Positions 1-9,337 of a stretch of 55,426 nt of DNA are shown here, piece by piece. The DNA comes from Candidatus Kaiserbacteria bacterium CG10_big_fil_rev_8_21_14_0_10_49_17 (GTDB lineage: Bacteria; Patescibacteriota; Minisyncoccia; Phycocordibacterales; JABMNX01). The first letter of the stretch is position 1. Each line of letters opens with the position of its first letter. A program made the translations under genes and the position numbers. The notes under the pieces were generated by a model. That model was not told the origin of the DNA, made no database searches, and saw nothing but the letters and a program-made list of their open reading frames with translations. The DNA is taken from NCBI GenBank assembly GCA_002778575.1, contig PFBJ01000006.1, forward strand, positions 1 to 55,426, given 5' to 3'.

Positions 1-69
1 GCACCGAGGGCTTGCGAAACTTAAAAAACTGTATGACCGCACCTAAAATATCCTAAGTGATGGTGATTA

Positions 70-78
70 TGGTATAGT
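70..78 (+). promoter_or_regulatory. extended -10 box TGGTATAGT, 6 nt before the ATG at 85 (leaderless-type promoter)
   Basis: TGGTATAGT is read directly. No purine-rich SD lies between the box and the ATG. Confidence 0.5.
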
Positions 79-84
79 GCAGAC

Positions 85-534
85 ATGAAAAATGCTGCTC
101 TCATAGGAGGAGGAATCGTCGTATTACTAGGACTACTCTACGTTCTCTCTTTAGCAGGGCGAGGGCCACAAGAGAATCTCGTCTCCCCGAATGGTCTTCA
201 CTGGCATCCCACCATGACAATTTACGTTGATGGAGAAAAACAGCCCATACCCGCAAATATTGGCCTTGTGGGCAGGCATTACCCAATGCATACCCATATA
301 GAAGATGTCGGTGACGGCGTTATACATTTTGAATTCGGTGGAAAGGTTTACCGAGACGACCTTCGCCTCAAGCATTTTTTCAGTGTCTGGAATGGAATGA
401 TGGTGGAGAATGCTTTTGGCAGGCTTAATCGTATGCTCGTAAACGGGGAGGAGATCACCGAGTACGGAGAGTACGTTGTCAATCAAAATGACGCTATCGA
501 GCTCTTTTATGAGAGCTCGGAAAATGCCCAATAA
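85..534 (+). CDS. membrane-anchored hypothetical protein with His-rich motifs (HWHP, HTHIED)
   Basis: 149-aa ORF with an N-terminal hydrophobic anchor (AALIGGGIVVLLGLLYVL). Its composition is protein-like, and the antisense ORFs are Cys/Arg-rich junk. Confidence 0.6.
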   Translation: MKNAALIGGGIVVLLGLLYVLSLAGRGPQENLVSPNGLHWHPTMTIYVDGEKQPIPANIGLVGRHYPMHTHIEDVGDGVIHFEFGGKVYRDDLRLKHFFSVWNGMMVENAFGRLNRMLVNGEEITEYGEYVVNQNDAIELFYESSENAQ

Positions 535-557
535 TTTTATACGAGAGCAATATCTAT

Positions 558-1022
558 ATGCATAAAACAACTGCAATTATCGTAGTGAATCGAATTCTCA
601 TGGGGTGGCTCATGTTCTTTGCGGGAATTGAGAAGGTGCTTAACCCGTCTTGGAGCGCTTCAGGCTTTCTTTTACACGCAAAGACATTTCCAGATTTCTA
701 CGCGTGGTTCGCGCTGCCTGCAAACAGCTGGTGGATTGACCCACTCAATGCGTGGGGGATTTTACTCATCGGGGTTGCTCTGCTCGTTGGCGTCGGTGTT
801 CGCCCTGCTGCATGGGCAGGCGCGCTGCTTATGATTCTCTACTATTTCCCGCACGTGGCGTTTCCGTATCTCGAACACGGATTTATCGTGGAAGAGCATA
901 TTATTTATGCCGCACTGTTTATGCTTATTGCAATAATGCCACAGGCTCTTGAGGTCGGTCTGGGGACATATCTGCGAAAAACACCTATCGGAAAAATCCC
1001 TGTAATAGGAAGACTTGTGTAG
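558..1022 (+). CDS. DoxX-family integral membrane protein
   Basis: 154 aa with about four hydrophobic helices. The N-terminal pattern RILMGWLMFFAGIEKV is typical of DoxX/DoxD-like proteins. Confidence 0.55.
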   Translation: MHKTTAIIVVNRILMGWLMFFAGIEKVLNPSWSASGFLLHAKTFPDFYAWFALPANSWWIDPLNAWGILLIGVALLVGVGVRPAAWAGALLMILYYFPHVAFPYLEHGFIVEEHIIYAALFMLIAIMPQALEVGLGTYLRKTPIGKIPVIGRLV

Positions 1023-1107
1023 ATTCTCCATTAGTTGATTCTCTGTCGCTTTTACCGTACACTTCTTTTGCGCATGGCAAAGCATTCTGTGCGCATTTTA
1101 TTTTGCT

Positions 1108-2898
1108 ATGGAAAAGAAAGAAATACGAAATATAGCCATTATCGCCCATGTGGACCACGGGAAGACCACGCTTACCGATGCCATTATGCGTCAGACTGGC
1201 GCCACAAAAGACGATACGTCTATGGATTCAAACTCGCTTGAACAGGAGCGGGGTATTACGATTTACGCAAAGAATGCCTCTGTTACCTACAAGGGAACAA
1301 AACTGAACATTGTAGACACTCCCGGACACGCGGATTTCGGCTCGGAAGTTGAGCGCGTCTTGCGTTCCATCGACTCAGTACTCCTTGTTGTTGACGCGCA
1401 AGAAGGCCCAATGCCGCAAACGCGTTTCGTCTTAAAGAAATCTCTTGAATTAGGGCTTAAGCCAATTGTGGTTATCAATAAAATAGATAAACCGGCGGCC
1501 GATGTTAACCGGACAGAAGAGCAGGTATTTGAACTCTTCCTTGAGCTTGGCGCAAATGACGAGCAGGCAGATTTCGAGGTAGTCTACGCTATTGGGCGCG
1601 ATGGTGTTGCAAAGCGCAAGATGGAAGACGAGGCAAACGACCTGACGCCACTCCTTGATACCATCCTTGAGAAAGTACCTGCCGCACACCCGTACACTGA
1701 AGGAGAAATACTTCGAGCGCAGGCATTTAATCTTGGGTATGACGATTTTACCGGGCGCCTTGCTGTCGCTCGAATTTATGAAGGAAAAATAGTTGACGGC
1801 TCAACGCTCCTTGTCATTCAAGAAGGGGTAGAGGCGCGAAAGGGAAAAGTAACGAAACTCTCTACATTTGAAGGGCTTGAAAAAGTTGCGGTCTCCGAGG
1901 CGCACGCTGGTGATATTGTCCTTATTGCGGGATTTGAAGACATTACTATTGGCGATACGCTAACCGACTCGGCAGAGGTAAAACCCTTGCCTGCTATCGC
2001 GGTAGACGAGCCGACCATTGGTTTGCAGTTCATGCCGAACTCTTCACCATTTGCGGGGCGCGACGGAAAGTTTGTAACGAGCAGGCAAATCGGCGACAGG
2101 CTTAAAAAGGAACTTGAGGTTAATGTTGGCCTCCAGGTCGACTTCTCAGAGGGAAATGTTTTTAATGTCTACGGCCGAGGGGAGATGCATATAGCGATTC
2201 TCCTTGAGAATATGCGCCGCGAGGGGTATGAACTTGCTGTCTCCCAGCCGCAAGTAATCATTCGTGAAGAAGAAGGAAAGAAGATGGAGCCGTTTGAAGA
2301 AGTCATTGTCGATATTCCGCAGGAGTACCAGGGTGCGGTAATTGAGCGGCTCTCCAACCGTGCCTGTGTGATGCAAAACCTTACCGTGAATGGCAATCAG
2401 GTACGACTCATTTTCGAAGGGCCAACTCGTGGGCTGCTCGGCTACCGCGGACAGTTTATTATTGATACAAAAGGTGAAGGCATTCTTTGCTCGCGTGTTA
2501 TCGGCTTTCGGCCGTTCGCGGGTGAAATAAAAAAACGCTCTGTCGGCTCAATGGTTTCAATGGCAACTGGAAAGGCGCTTGGCTTTTCGCTTTGGAACTT
2601 GCAGTCTCGCGGCGTGCTCTACATTAATCCCGCGACGGAGGTGTATGAAGGAATGGTAGTGGGCAATACTTCAAAAGGAGAGGAAATGGTGGTAAACCCA
2701 ACCAAAGGCAAGCAACTCTCTAATGTGCGAGCTTCTGGCTCCGATGACGCACTTGACCTCGTGCCGCCGCAGACGCTCTCCATTGAGAGCGGACTGGAGA
2801 TCATGTCTGAGGATGAACTGCTTGAAATCACGCCAAAAGCAGTACGCCTGCGAAAACGCTACCTTGCGGAAAACGAGCGTGTACGTAATAAGCGATAA
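1108..2898 (+). CDS. typA: translational GTPase TypA/BipA
   Basis: 596 aa with G motifs [14 protein letters not shown] and NKID. Full-length colinearity with BipA, including the C-terminal domain. Confidence 0.95.
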   Translation: MEKKEIRNIAIIAHVDHGKTTLTDAIMRQTGATKDDTSMDSNSLEQERGITIYAKNASVTYKGTKLNIVDTPGHADFGSEVERVLRSIDSVLLVVDAQEGPMPQTRFVLKKSLELGLKPIVVINKIDKPAADVNRTEEQVFELFLELGANDEQADFEVVYAIGRDGVAKRKMEDEANDLTPLLDTILEKVPAAHPYTEGEILRAQAFNLGYDDFTGRLAVARIYEGKIVDGSTLLVIQEGVEARKGKVTKLSTFEGLEKVAVSEAHAGDIVLIAGFEDITIGDTLTDSAEVKPLPAIAVDEPTIGLQFMPNSSPFAGRDGKFVTSRQIGDRLKKELEVNVGLQVDFSEGNVFNVYGRGEMHIAILLENMRREGYELAVSQPQVIIREEEGKKMEPFEEVIVDIPQEYQGAVIERLSNRACVMQNLTVNGNQVRLIFEGPTRGLLGYRGQFIIDTKGEGILCSRVIGFRPFAGEIKKRSVGSMVSMATGKALGFSLWNLQSRGVLYINPATEVYEGMVVGNTSKGEEMVVNPTKGKQLSNVRASGSDDALDLVPPQTLSIESGLEIMSEDELLEITPKAVRLRKRYLAENERVRNKR

Positions 2899-2929
2899 AA
2901 CAAAAGCTCCCATCGGGAGCTTTTGTTTT
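2897..2929. terminator. bidirectional hairpin terminator between typA and the helicase gene
   Basis: aaaacaaaagctccc-atc-gggagcttttgtttt, a perfect stem with A-run and T-run flanks. It overlaps the helicase stop codon. Confidence 0.8.
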
Positions 2930-4193
2930 AGGAGTGTTTCGCGACAAATGTAAGTGCTTTGCCGTGCTTGGTGCTTCGGCCGGTGCGGCCAATGCGGTGC
3001 ACGTAGTCTTCAAAAGTGTTCGGAAGGTCGTAGTTGATAACGTGGGTCACATCATCAACATGAATGCCGCGCGCCGCAACGTCGGTTGCAACGAGCACCT
3101 GCGAGCGCCCCTTCTTGAAAGCGTCAAGAGAGCGCTGGCGCTGCCCCTGGCTTTTATTGCCGTGGATAGATTCAGAGCGAATACCTGACACGCTTAACTG
3201 TTTGGCGAGCTTCTCAACCGAGTGCTTCATGGCACCGAAGATAATCACTCGCTTAAACTCTGATTGCTTTAAGAGAGACACCAAGGTTTCAAACTTATCA
3301 TGCACTCCGTAGCGCACAACATCTTGCTCAATGCTGTTTGTGACATCTTTTTTCTTTACAGAGACCATAACTGGATTACGGAGAAAGTCATGTACCAATC
3401 CCTTGGCAGCTTCTGACATAGTCGCGGAGAAAAAAAGCGTCTCCCGCGCATCGGGTGTCTTTGAGAGAATTGTGCGAATATCGCGAATGAATCCCATGTC
3501 GAGCATTCGGTCCGCCTCGTCAAGAATAACTGTTTTGATGCCAAAGAGCTTCATGTCGCCCCGCTCAATGAGGTCAAGGACGCGCCCCGGGGTGCCGATG
3601 ATGAAGTGATTCTGCTTCCGAAGCATTTTTATTTGCGGGTGGATGTTGACGCCTCCAACGCATGTTACCGAAAAGAGGCGCATGCCGTGGGATAGCTTGC
3701 GCAATTCATCAGAGATTTGCTGGGCAAGCTCTCGTGTTGGTGTGAGGATGATAGTCTCACGATGCATGTCTTTCTTTGTTTTTTCAATAAGCGGAATAAG
3801 AAATGCAGCCGTTTTGCCAGTACCGGTTTCAGCAAGACCAATAACATCACGTCCTGCAAGAATCTCAGGAATGATTTGATCCTGAATAGGTGAGGGGGTA
3901 GTAAGGCCCATTGAGTGAATTGTCCGCACGAGCTCTTTCGAGAGACCAAAGGTCTCAAAAGTATTTTTTGGCTCGTACGCCACTTCTTTTACATCAACAG
4001 GATTGGTATTTATAAACTGGGACGGGTCGAAGTTATTTGCCTTACGCGCTTTGCGCGGGCGCCCGCCACCTGAGCCAGCACGGCGGGAACGGGAGTAACC
4101 GCCGCTTGAGCGATTACTTGATGGTTTTGAAAATGTTCGGCGGTGCACAGACGGCCCGCCTCGGCTATGCCGATTTCGAGTATGTGTATTCAT
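2928..4193 (-). CDS. DEAD-box ATP-dependent RNA helicase with an Arg/Gly/Ser-rich N-terminal extension
   Basis: 421 aa with motifs AETGTGKT, DEAD, SAT and HRIGRTGR. The first ~55 aa are low-complexity and basic. Confidence 0.93.
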   Translation of the reverse strand: MNTHTRNRHSRGGPSVHRRTFSKPSSNRSSGGYSRSRRAGSGGGRPRKARKANNFDPSQFINTNPVDVKEVAYEPKNTFETFGLSKELVRTIHSMGLTTPSPIQDQIIPEILAGRDVIGLAETGTGKTAAFLIPLIEKTKKDMHRETIILTPTRELAQQISDELRKLSHGMRLFSVTCVGGVNIHPQIKMLRKQNHFIIGTPGRVLDLIERGDMKLFGIKTVILDEADRMLDMGFIRDIRTILSKTPDARETLFFSATMSEAAKGLVHDFLRNPVMVSVKKKDVTNSIEQDVVRYGVHDKFETLVSLLKQSEFKRVIIFGAMKHSVEKLAKQLSVSGIRSESIHGNKSQGQRQRSLDAFKKGRSQVLVATDVAARGIHVDDVTHVINYDLPNTFEDYVHRIGRTGRSTKHGKALTFVAKHS

Positions 4194-4405
4194 TTAATTT
4201 GAAACGCCACAGCGTTTCAGGGCTATGTGCAGGTAGTAATTTCAGATAGCAATGGAAAATTCTTTGCGTCTGCAGCTTAGAAGCCCTACACGAGAATCAA
4301 AAGCTTGAAAGCAGGATAGCATATAGTCTCAAGCGTGTCAATACGGTGGCATATGCTTTTTAAAATAACGCGGTATAGTGGCAATAGAAAACGTAGAGGG
4401 AGAAA

Positions 4406-4951
4406 ATGATGAGTCTTCAGAGCCGCCATCCCGATGTGGTTCAGTTCGAGTTTTTTCATGTGAAGTTTGATTCCCTTGAGGCAGTTGGGCAGGAATGTGT
4501 TGCTCAATTGTACGAAGGTTCGCCGATAAAGACACGAGTTCGTTTTTACGATCGCGACAGCAGGGCAGGCACACTCGTCAGCCGTTTCCACCGGACATGG
4601 AATGCGAAAAACGGTGTCGAAGATTGGCTCGTAGAGGGTATAAAAAAGAAGGGCTTGATGCGCGAATGGCATTTGCTGCGACATCGTTTTCTCCACAAAA
4701 AGTGTTCGAAGTATCGCAGTCGCGTTGCTCCCATAGGGTTTGCTCTGCTCGCGGAGGCGATAGAGCAGGGCGGTGAGGTCACCGTCATGGAAGATGACTT
4801 TGCGTTTCTTCCCTTGCGGGACGATGAAGTGCACGAATTGACTGAAAGCGCGTCTCGGTCTTCTCATGCGTGGATGTTTCTCGCCGAACACCAAGCGCTT
4901 GAAGGGGATGAGCTTAAAAATATTATTGGATCAATTACGATTCATATTTAA
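4406..4951 (+). CDS. hypothetical protein
   Basis: 181-aa ORF preceded by GAGGGAG and followed directly by a hairpin terminator. Preferred over the overlapping minus-strand ORF 4286..4894. Confidence 0.55.
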   Translation: MMSLQSRHPDVVQFEFFHVKFDSLEAVGQECVAQLYEGSPIKTRVRFYDRDSRAGTLVSRFHRTWNAKNGVEDWLVEGIKKKGLMREWHLLRHRFLHKKCSKYRSRVAPIGFALLAEAIEQGGEVTVMEDDFAFLPLRDDEVHELTESASRSSHAWMFLAEHQALEGDELKNIIGSITIHI

Positions 4952-4952
4952 A

Positions 4953-4979
4953 GTGGCCGCACTACGCGGCCGCTTTTTT
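4953..4979. terminator. hairpin terminator between convergent genes
   Basis: gtggccgc-actac-gcggccgc followed by TTTTTT. Confidence 0.75.
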
Positions 4980-5307
4980 ATTTCACGATTTTTGGGACCA
5001 TCTCGGAGAGATCGTTTGCTGTCATTCCGCTGTGGCATGCAAGGTTAACCGTAGTTACAAATAATTTTGCCGTAGCGAGTTTAATAGCCTGATGGTCCAT
5101 TTGTTCACCATGATCCGCCTTTTCTGCTTCCGCTGCGATGGCGCCAGCAGATTTGCTGATGTGAAGAGCACTATGCCTTACTGCAAATCTATATCGTTTC
5201 GCAAGCGATGCGGGTCGCAGTTCTGGGTACTTCTTGCCATCGAATAAAAATGTTTGACTGATAAGCTCCATAAGTTCGCCAAGGTCCGTAGGTGGGGTTG
5301 CTGGCAT
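4978..5307 (-). CDS. hypothetical protein with a weak resemblance to the all-alpha MazG-like fold
   Basis: Start chosen at MPATPP because GAGGAGGGA lies 9 nt upstream. The ORF track extends to 5349. No catalytic acidic motif is visible. Confidence 0.5.
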   Translation of the reverse strand: MPATPPTDLGELMELISQTFLFDGKKYPELRPASLAKRYRFAVRHSALHISKSAGAIAAEAEKADHGEQMDHQAIKLATAKLFVTTVNLACHSGMTANDLSEMVPKIVK

Positions 5308-5364
5308 TTTAGTAGTCCCTCCTCTGTTTGTCTTGGCGAAATGTACCAAATAGCTTTTGCTTTG

Positions 5365-5370
5365 TATACT
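5365..5370 (+). promoter_or_regulatory. -10 box TATACT, 7 nt before the ATG at 5378
   Basis: tttgTATACTaccgaaaATG, with no SD. Confidence 0.5.
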
Positions 5371-5377
5371 ACCGAAA

Positions 5378-5842
5378 ATGAACTACTGGTTATTTAAATC
5401 AGAACCGGACTGCTTTTCACTGCAGGACCTTAAGAAAAAGAAAACTGAACACTGGGATGGAGTGCGCAATTACCAAGCACGCAATTTCCTACGCGATGAA
5501 ATTGAAAAGGGAGATATGGTTATCTTCTACCACTCATCGTGCGCGGAGCCGTCTGCGGCTGGTGTGGCGAAAGTGGTAAGAAGCGGCTACCCAGATTTCA
5601 CTGCGTGGGATCCGCACTCAGAGCACCCGGACCCAAAAAGCACAAAAGAAAATCCCCGTTGGTATATGGTCGATGTGCAATTTGAGCGTGAATTTAAAAA
5701 CCCAGTGACTCTCCGTGAAATGCGAACAATGGCGGGACTGGAAGGGATGCAGCTTCTCGCACAAGGAAACCGTCTCTCGGTTATGCCAATTTCAAAACAG
5801 CATTTTGAGATCATTGTAAAAGCAGGAGGGAAAAAGAAATAA
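5378..5842 (+). CDS. EVE (PUA-like) domain protein
   Basis: MNYWLFKSEPDCFSLQDL...WDGVRNYQARNFLRDEIEKGDMVIFYHS matches the canonical EVE domain N-terminus. Confidence 0.85.
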   Translation: MNYWLFKSEPDCFSLQDLKKKKTEHWDGVRNYQARNFLRDEIEKGDMVIFYHSSCAEPSAAGVAKVVRSGYPDFTAWDPHSEHPDPKSTKENPRWYMVDVQFEREFKNPVTLREMRTMAGLEGMQLLAQGNRLSVMPISKQHFEIIVKAGGKKK

Positions 5843-5890
5843 TCGACCTGCCTGCCGGTGGATAAGCTCAATCACATGATTGAGTCGATT
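5841..5890. repeat. intergenic palindromic repeat, copy A (composite, inverted orientation)
   Basis: aatcgacctgcctgccggtggataagctcaatcacatgattgagtcgatt. Its reverse complement matches copy B at both ends. It overlaps the EVE gene stop codon. Confidence 0.8.
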
Positions 5891-5923
5891 ATATAGGCTC
5901 TAGAGAGCCATATTTTAAATGGG

Positions 5924-5932
5924 TGGTAGAAT
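5924..5932 (+). promoter_or_regulatory. extended -10 box TGGTAGAAT, 7 nt before the ATG at 5940
   Basis: gggTGGTAGAATtgcctctATG. The box lies inside the track ORF start at 5919, so that start is unlikely. Confidence 0.5.
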
Positions 5933-5939
5933 TGCCTCT

Positions 5940-7586
5940 ATGACCCAAGAACAAGCACTCGACATTCTCAAGGCGGGGCGCAATGTCTTCCTCACAGGAC
6001 CAGCCGGAAGCGGCAAGACGCATACACTGCGTGCCTATATCAGCTATCTGAAGGAGCGCGGGGTTGAGGTGGCGCTTACCGCATCAACCGGTATTGCCGC
6101 GACGCACATCGGAGGCACTACCATTCATTCATTTTCTGGTATTGGCATTCGCGATGAGCTTTCCGATTTTGATATTGAAGAGATGCAACAAAAAGAGCAT
6201 CTCTATAAACGGTTCGATAAAACGAAAGTGATAATTATCGACGAGGTTTCTATGCTCTCGCCGTATATGTTTGACTCGCTGGAGCGGCTCGCGCGGGCAA
6301 TGAAGCGAAACAATGAACCCTTCGGCGGCATGCAGCTGGTGCTCTCTGGAGATTTTTTCCAATTGCCACCAATCGTAAAGGGGAGTAGTGAAATCCGTTT
6401 TGCGACAGATTCAAATTCTTGGCAGAGCCTCGATATCAGGCCGTGCTATCTCTCAGAGCAATTTCGGCACGATGAAGACCCGCTTTTCTCAGTGCTTACA
6501 GAAATGCGCTCGGGGGAGGTTTCAGATGAGTCCCGCGCGCTTCTGGGAGAACAGCATCAGAAAGAGTTCGATGGTATAGAGCCGACCCGGCTTTATACGC
6601 ACAACATCGATGTTGACCGAATTAATGCAGAAGAGCTTGAGAAGCTTCCCGGGAAGCTCTTTCGCTATAGTATGGAGAGCAAAGGGAAAGCAACTATTGT
6701 CTCAGCGCTTAAAAAAGGAGTACTTGCACCAGAGACACTCGAGCTTAAAGAAGACGCGCTCGTGATGTTTGTAAAGAATAATTTTGAGGCGGGGTACGTA
6801 AATGGAACGCTCGGCGTTATAGAGGGTTTCGTGCACGACTTTCCAATCGTGCGCACCTTTGACGGAAAGCGCATTGAAGTAGAGGCGGCAGAGTGGGTGG
6901 TAGAGGAAGGGGAAAAAGTGCTCGCAAGCGTCATGCAATTACCGCTTCGCCTTGCGTGGGCCATTACCATTCACAAAAGCCAGGGTATGAGTCTAGACGC
7001 TGCAGACATTGACCTTTCAAAGTGTTTTGTGCCAGGACAGGGTTATGTTGCGCTCTCGCGTCTGCGCTCTTTAGCCGGTCTTTCTCTTCGGGGAATGAAT
7101 GAAATGGCTCTCTCAATGAATCCACATGTTCTTGTGCTCGATGAGCGCCTCCGTGCGGACTCAAAAAAGTGGGAGCAGGTTGCGGGTCGCTTCACCCGAG
7201 AGGAGATGGAGAAAATGCACCGTGAATTTATTGAGAAGTGCGGCGGGACGCTCGATGAAGATGAAATTGTGAAAAATAGGCAAAAAGAAAAAGAGGTGCA
7301 TGCGCCGAAAAAATCAACATTTGAAAAAACGCGCGAGTTGCTCGAGAAGGGAATGGGTGTGAAAGAGATTGCGAAAGAGCGGGGGATGACGGTCGGCACC
7401 ATTATCGGGCATTTAGAGAGGATTGATGGGGTAGATATCGAGCACCTGAAACCAAAAGAGAGCGATTTAAAGAAGATACGCGAGGCGTTTAACAAAGTGG
7501 AGGATAAAAAACTCTCACCTGTGCACCGGAAACTGAAAGGAAAGTACTCATATGAGGAGCTGCGCCTCGCGAGACTCTTTCTTTAG
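5940..7586 (+). CDS. PIF1/RecD-family SF1B DNA helicase with a C-terminal helix-turn-helix domain
   Basis: Motifs LTGPAGSGKT, IIIDEVSM, GDFFQLPPI and TIHKSQG. The C-terminus reads GVKEIAKERGMTVGTIIGHLERI. Confidence 0.88.
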   Translation: MTQEQALDILKAGRNVFLTGPAGSGKTHTLRAYISYLKERGVEVALTASTGIAATHIGGTTIHSFSGIGIRDELSDFDIEEMQQKEHLYKRFDKTKVIIIDEVSMLSPYMFDSLERLARAMKRNNEPFGGMQLVLSGDFFQLPPIVKGSSEIRFATDSNSWQSLDIRPCYLSEQFRHDEDPLFSVLTEMRSGEVSDESRALLGEQHQKEFDGIEPTRLYTHNIDVDRINAEELEKLPGKLFRYSMESKGKATIVSALKKGVLAPETLELKEDALVMFVKNNFEAGYVNGTLGVIEGFVHDFPIVRTFDGKRIEVEAAEWVVEEGEKVLASVMQLPLRLAWAITIHKSQGMSLDAADIDLSKCFVPGQGYVALSRLRSLAGLSLRGMNEMALSMNPHVLVLDERLRADSKKWEQVAGRFTREEMEKMHREFIEKCGGTLDEDEIVKNRQKEKEVHAPKKSTFEKTRELLEKGMGVKEIAKERGMTVGTIIGHLERIDGVDIEHLKPKESDLKKIREAFNKVEDKKLSPVHRKLKGKYSYEELRLARLFL

Positions 7587-7592
7587 CGCGAG

Positions 7593-7621
7593 TTGACATA
7601 TGTAATAAAGTAGGATACTAT
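7593..7621 (+). promoter_or_regulatory. sigma70-type promoter TTGACA-N17-TACTAT
   Basis: TTGACA at 7593..7598 and TACTAT at 7616..7621 with a 17-nt spacer. The -10 overlaps the track ATG at 7620, which argues for the downstream start at 7677. Confidence 0.55.
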
Positions 7622-7676
7622 GCGTCTACATGAGCAGTGTTTCCTCTATGGGAATACTGCCTTTTCAATTCCAAAT

Positions 7677-7847
7677 ATGAAGCCATTTTCAACACGCACA
7701 TTCCAAAAAGACGGTCACTGGATCGAGAAACCGCACGAGACGGCGATTTTGGTGTGTGAGTGCGGCGAGAAATACATTAAGACTCGTCTGCGACAAAAAA
7801 AGTGCCTGCGGTGCATGCACAACCCGATCGAAAAGGTGAATAAGTAA
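7677..7847 (+). CDS. small zinc-ribbon protein
   Basis: 56 aa with CECG...CLRC. Followed by a terminator. Confidence 0.5.
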   Translation: MKPFSTRTFQKDGHWIEKPHETAILVCECGEKYIKTRLRQKKCLRCMHNPIEKVNK

Positions 7848-7869
7848 AGAGCCCCCTCGGGGCTCTTTT
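7848..7869 (+). terminator. rho-independent terminator
   Basis: agagcccc-ctc-ggggctct followed by TTT. Confidence 0.75.
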
Positions 7870-7877
7870 GCTATAGT
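7869..7877 (+). promoter_or_regulatory. extended -10 box TGCTATAGT, 8 nt before the ATG at 7886
   Basis: Read directly. No SD is present. Confidence 0.45.
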
Positions 7878-7885
7878 GCGAGCAT

Positions 7886-8155
7886 ATGGATACAGAAAAG
7901 AAGCTATGGTTCCGTTCAAAACGCTATGGGTGGGGGTGGACACCGGCCTCTAAAGAGGGGTGGTTTGTCACGCTTGCATTTCTCGGTATTGCAATTTTTC
8001 TTGCAACACGGCTTGAGGACTCAGCAGTAAGCGGTGAAGACATTCTATTCACTTTTGCACTTCCGATTGGCGCGCTCACACTTCTTCTTATTGCAATAGC
8101 GTGGCGTACCGGCGAGAAACCGCGGTGGCGTTGGGGAGATTCAAAGAAAAAATAG
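7886..8155 (+). CDS. small two-TM membrane protein
   Basis: 89 aa with two hydrophobic segments and a Trp/Arg-rich N-terminus. Confidence 0.55.
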   Translation: MDTEKKLWFRSKRYGWGWTPASKEGWFVTLAFLGIAIFLATRLEDSAVSGEDILFTFALPIGALTLLLIAIAWRTGEKPRWRWGDSKKK

Positions 8156-8182
8156 CCGCTCTCTAGGCTACAATTTAACTCT

Positions 8183-9337
8183 ATGGAGTTTCTCCCACTT
8201 TTTTTAGTGCTACTTGCCGGAGTTTTGTTCTCCGCGCTTGGTCGGCGCTTCCACTTGCCGTGGGTTATAGCACTTGTTTCAGCGGGCATTTTTTTTGGTC
8301 CCCACGGCCTTGGAGTACTTGAGGCAAATCCAACAATTGAATTCATCGGGCAAATTGGCCTCATTTTCCTTATGTTCATGGCAGGACTGGAAACGAAACT
8401 TTCCAGTTTTGCGCATGTGCGATCCGGATTTGTGCCGATAGCGTTTCTCAATGGACTGGTGCCATTTGCTGCTGGGTTTGGTATGGGATTTTTCTTTGGG
8501 TACGATTTCTTCACCTCGCTTATATTGGGAACAGTATTTATATCCTCCTCAATTGCGGTTGTTATTCCAACGCTCGAAGGGAGAGGCATGCTTGGCACGA
8601 AACTTGGGAAATCCATAGTCTCTGCTGTCATTATTGAGGATATCCTCTCGCTTATTCTTCTGTCGATACTTCTGCAAACTGCCGTGCCGGTGACGAGCCT
8701 TCCATTGCCTCTTTTCTATGGGCTACTCTTTGCCGTTTTTGTTGCACTACGCTTCCTCCTTCCACTATTGCGAGCGTTTTTCTCGCCAAGGAGGAGTGGT
8801 GGAGAGGAGGATATTTTCCAACAGGAAGTCACGGTTATTTTTGCGATTCTTATCGGGACAGTCGTCTCATTTGAGCTTCTCGGCCTCCATCCAATAGTGG
8901 CTGGGTTCTTTGCGGGGCTGGTGCTCTCGGGCTCAATTAAGAGCGACATTTTAGTAGAGAAATTACATACCATAAGTTACGGGCTTTTTATTCCTGTATT
9001 CTTTATATTTATCGGTCTTAACACTGACCTCTCTGTCCTGCGGGAAGGCGGAGAGCTGACACTCCTTCTCTTTGTTGTTCTCGGTTCAATCTTGGCTAAG
9101 TACATCAGTGGCTACATCGGAGCGCGTCTTGGGAAGTTTACAAAAAGAGAGTCTTCGATTGTTGGCGTTGCAACAATACCGCAACTCTCGACAACGCTCG
9201 CTGTCGTCTTTGCGGCAGTTGAATTCGGCCTCCTTGAAAGAGAGCTCCTCACTGCATTTATCGTTCTTTCAATTGTGACAACATTTGCGGCGCCGGTGGC
9301 ATTGCGCCTGTTAACAAAACCTACCGCTGCTCACTAG
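8183..9337 (+). CDS. cation:proton antiporter (Na+/H+ exchanger family membrane domain)
   Basis: 384 aa, polytopic. The N-terminal pattern LPWVIALVSAGIFFGPHGLGVL...IGLIFLMFMAGLE is typical of CPA-type exchangers. Confidence 0.8.
   Translation: MEFLPLFLVLLAGVLFSALGRRFHLPWVIALVSAGIFFGPHGLGVLEANPTIEFIGQIGLIFLMFMAGLETKLSSFAHVRSGFVPIAFLNGLVPFAAGFGMGFFFGYDFFTSLILGTVFISSSIAVVIPTLEGRGMLGTKLGKSIVSAVIIEDILSLILLSILLQTAVPVTSLPLPLFYGLLFAVFVALRFLLPLLRAFFSPRRSGGEEDIFQQEVTVIFAILIGTVVSFELLGLHPIVAGFFAGLVLSGSIKSDILVEKLHTISYGLFIPVFFIFIGLNTDLSVLREGGELTLLLFVVLGSILAKYISGYIGARLGKFTKRESSIVGVATIPQLSTTLAVVFAAVEFGLLERELLTAFIVLSIVTTFAAPVALRLLTKPTAAH

Noticed and set aside
4201-4218. 7-bp hairpin (gaaacgc-caca-gcgtttc) 7 nt upstream of the DEAD-box helicase start
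   Set aside because: It could be a cold-responsive leader element. However, it is a short generic hairpin with no supporting conservation information available.
4286-4894. 202-aa minus-strand ORF overlapping the 4406..4951 plus-strand ORF
   Set aside because: The sequence is Cys-rich and irregular, with no SD or promoter. The plus-strand ORF has GAGGGAG upstream and an immediate terminator.
7924-8631. 235-aa minus-strand ORF
   Set aside because: It is antisense to two well-supported membrane protein genes, including the cation:proton antiporter. It has the Ser/Pro-rich composition typical of antisense frames.
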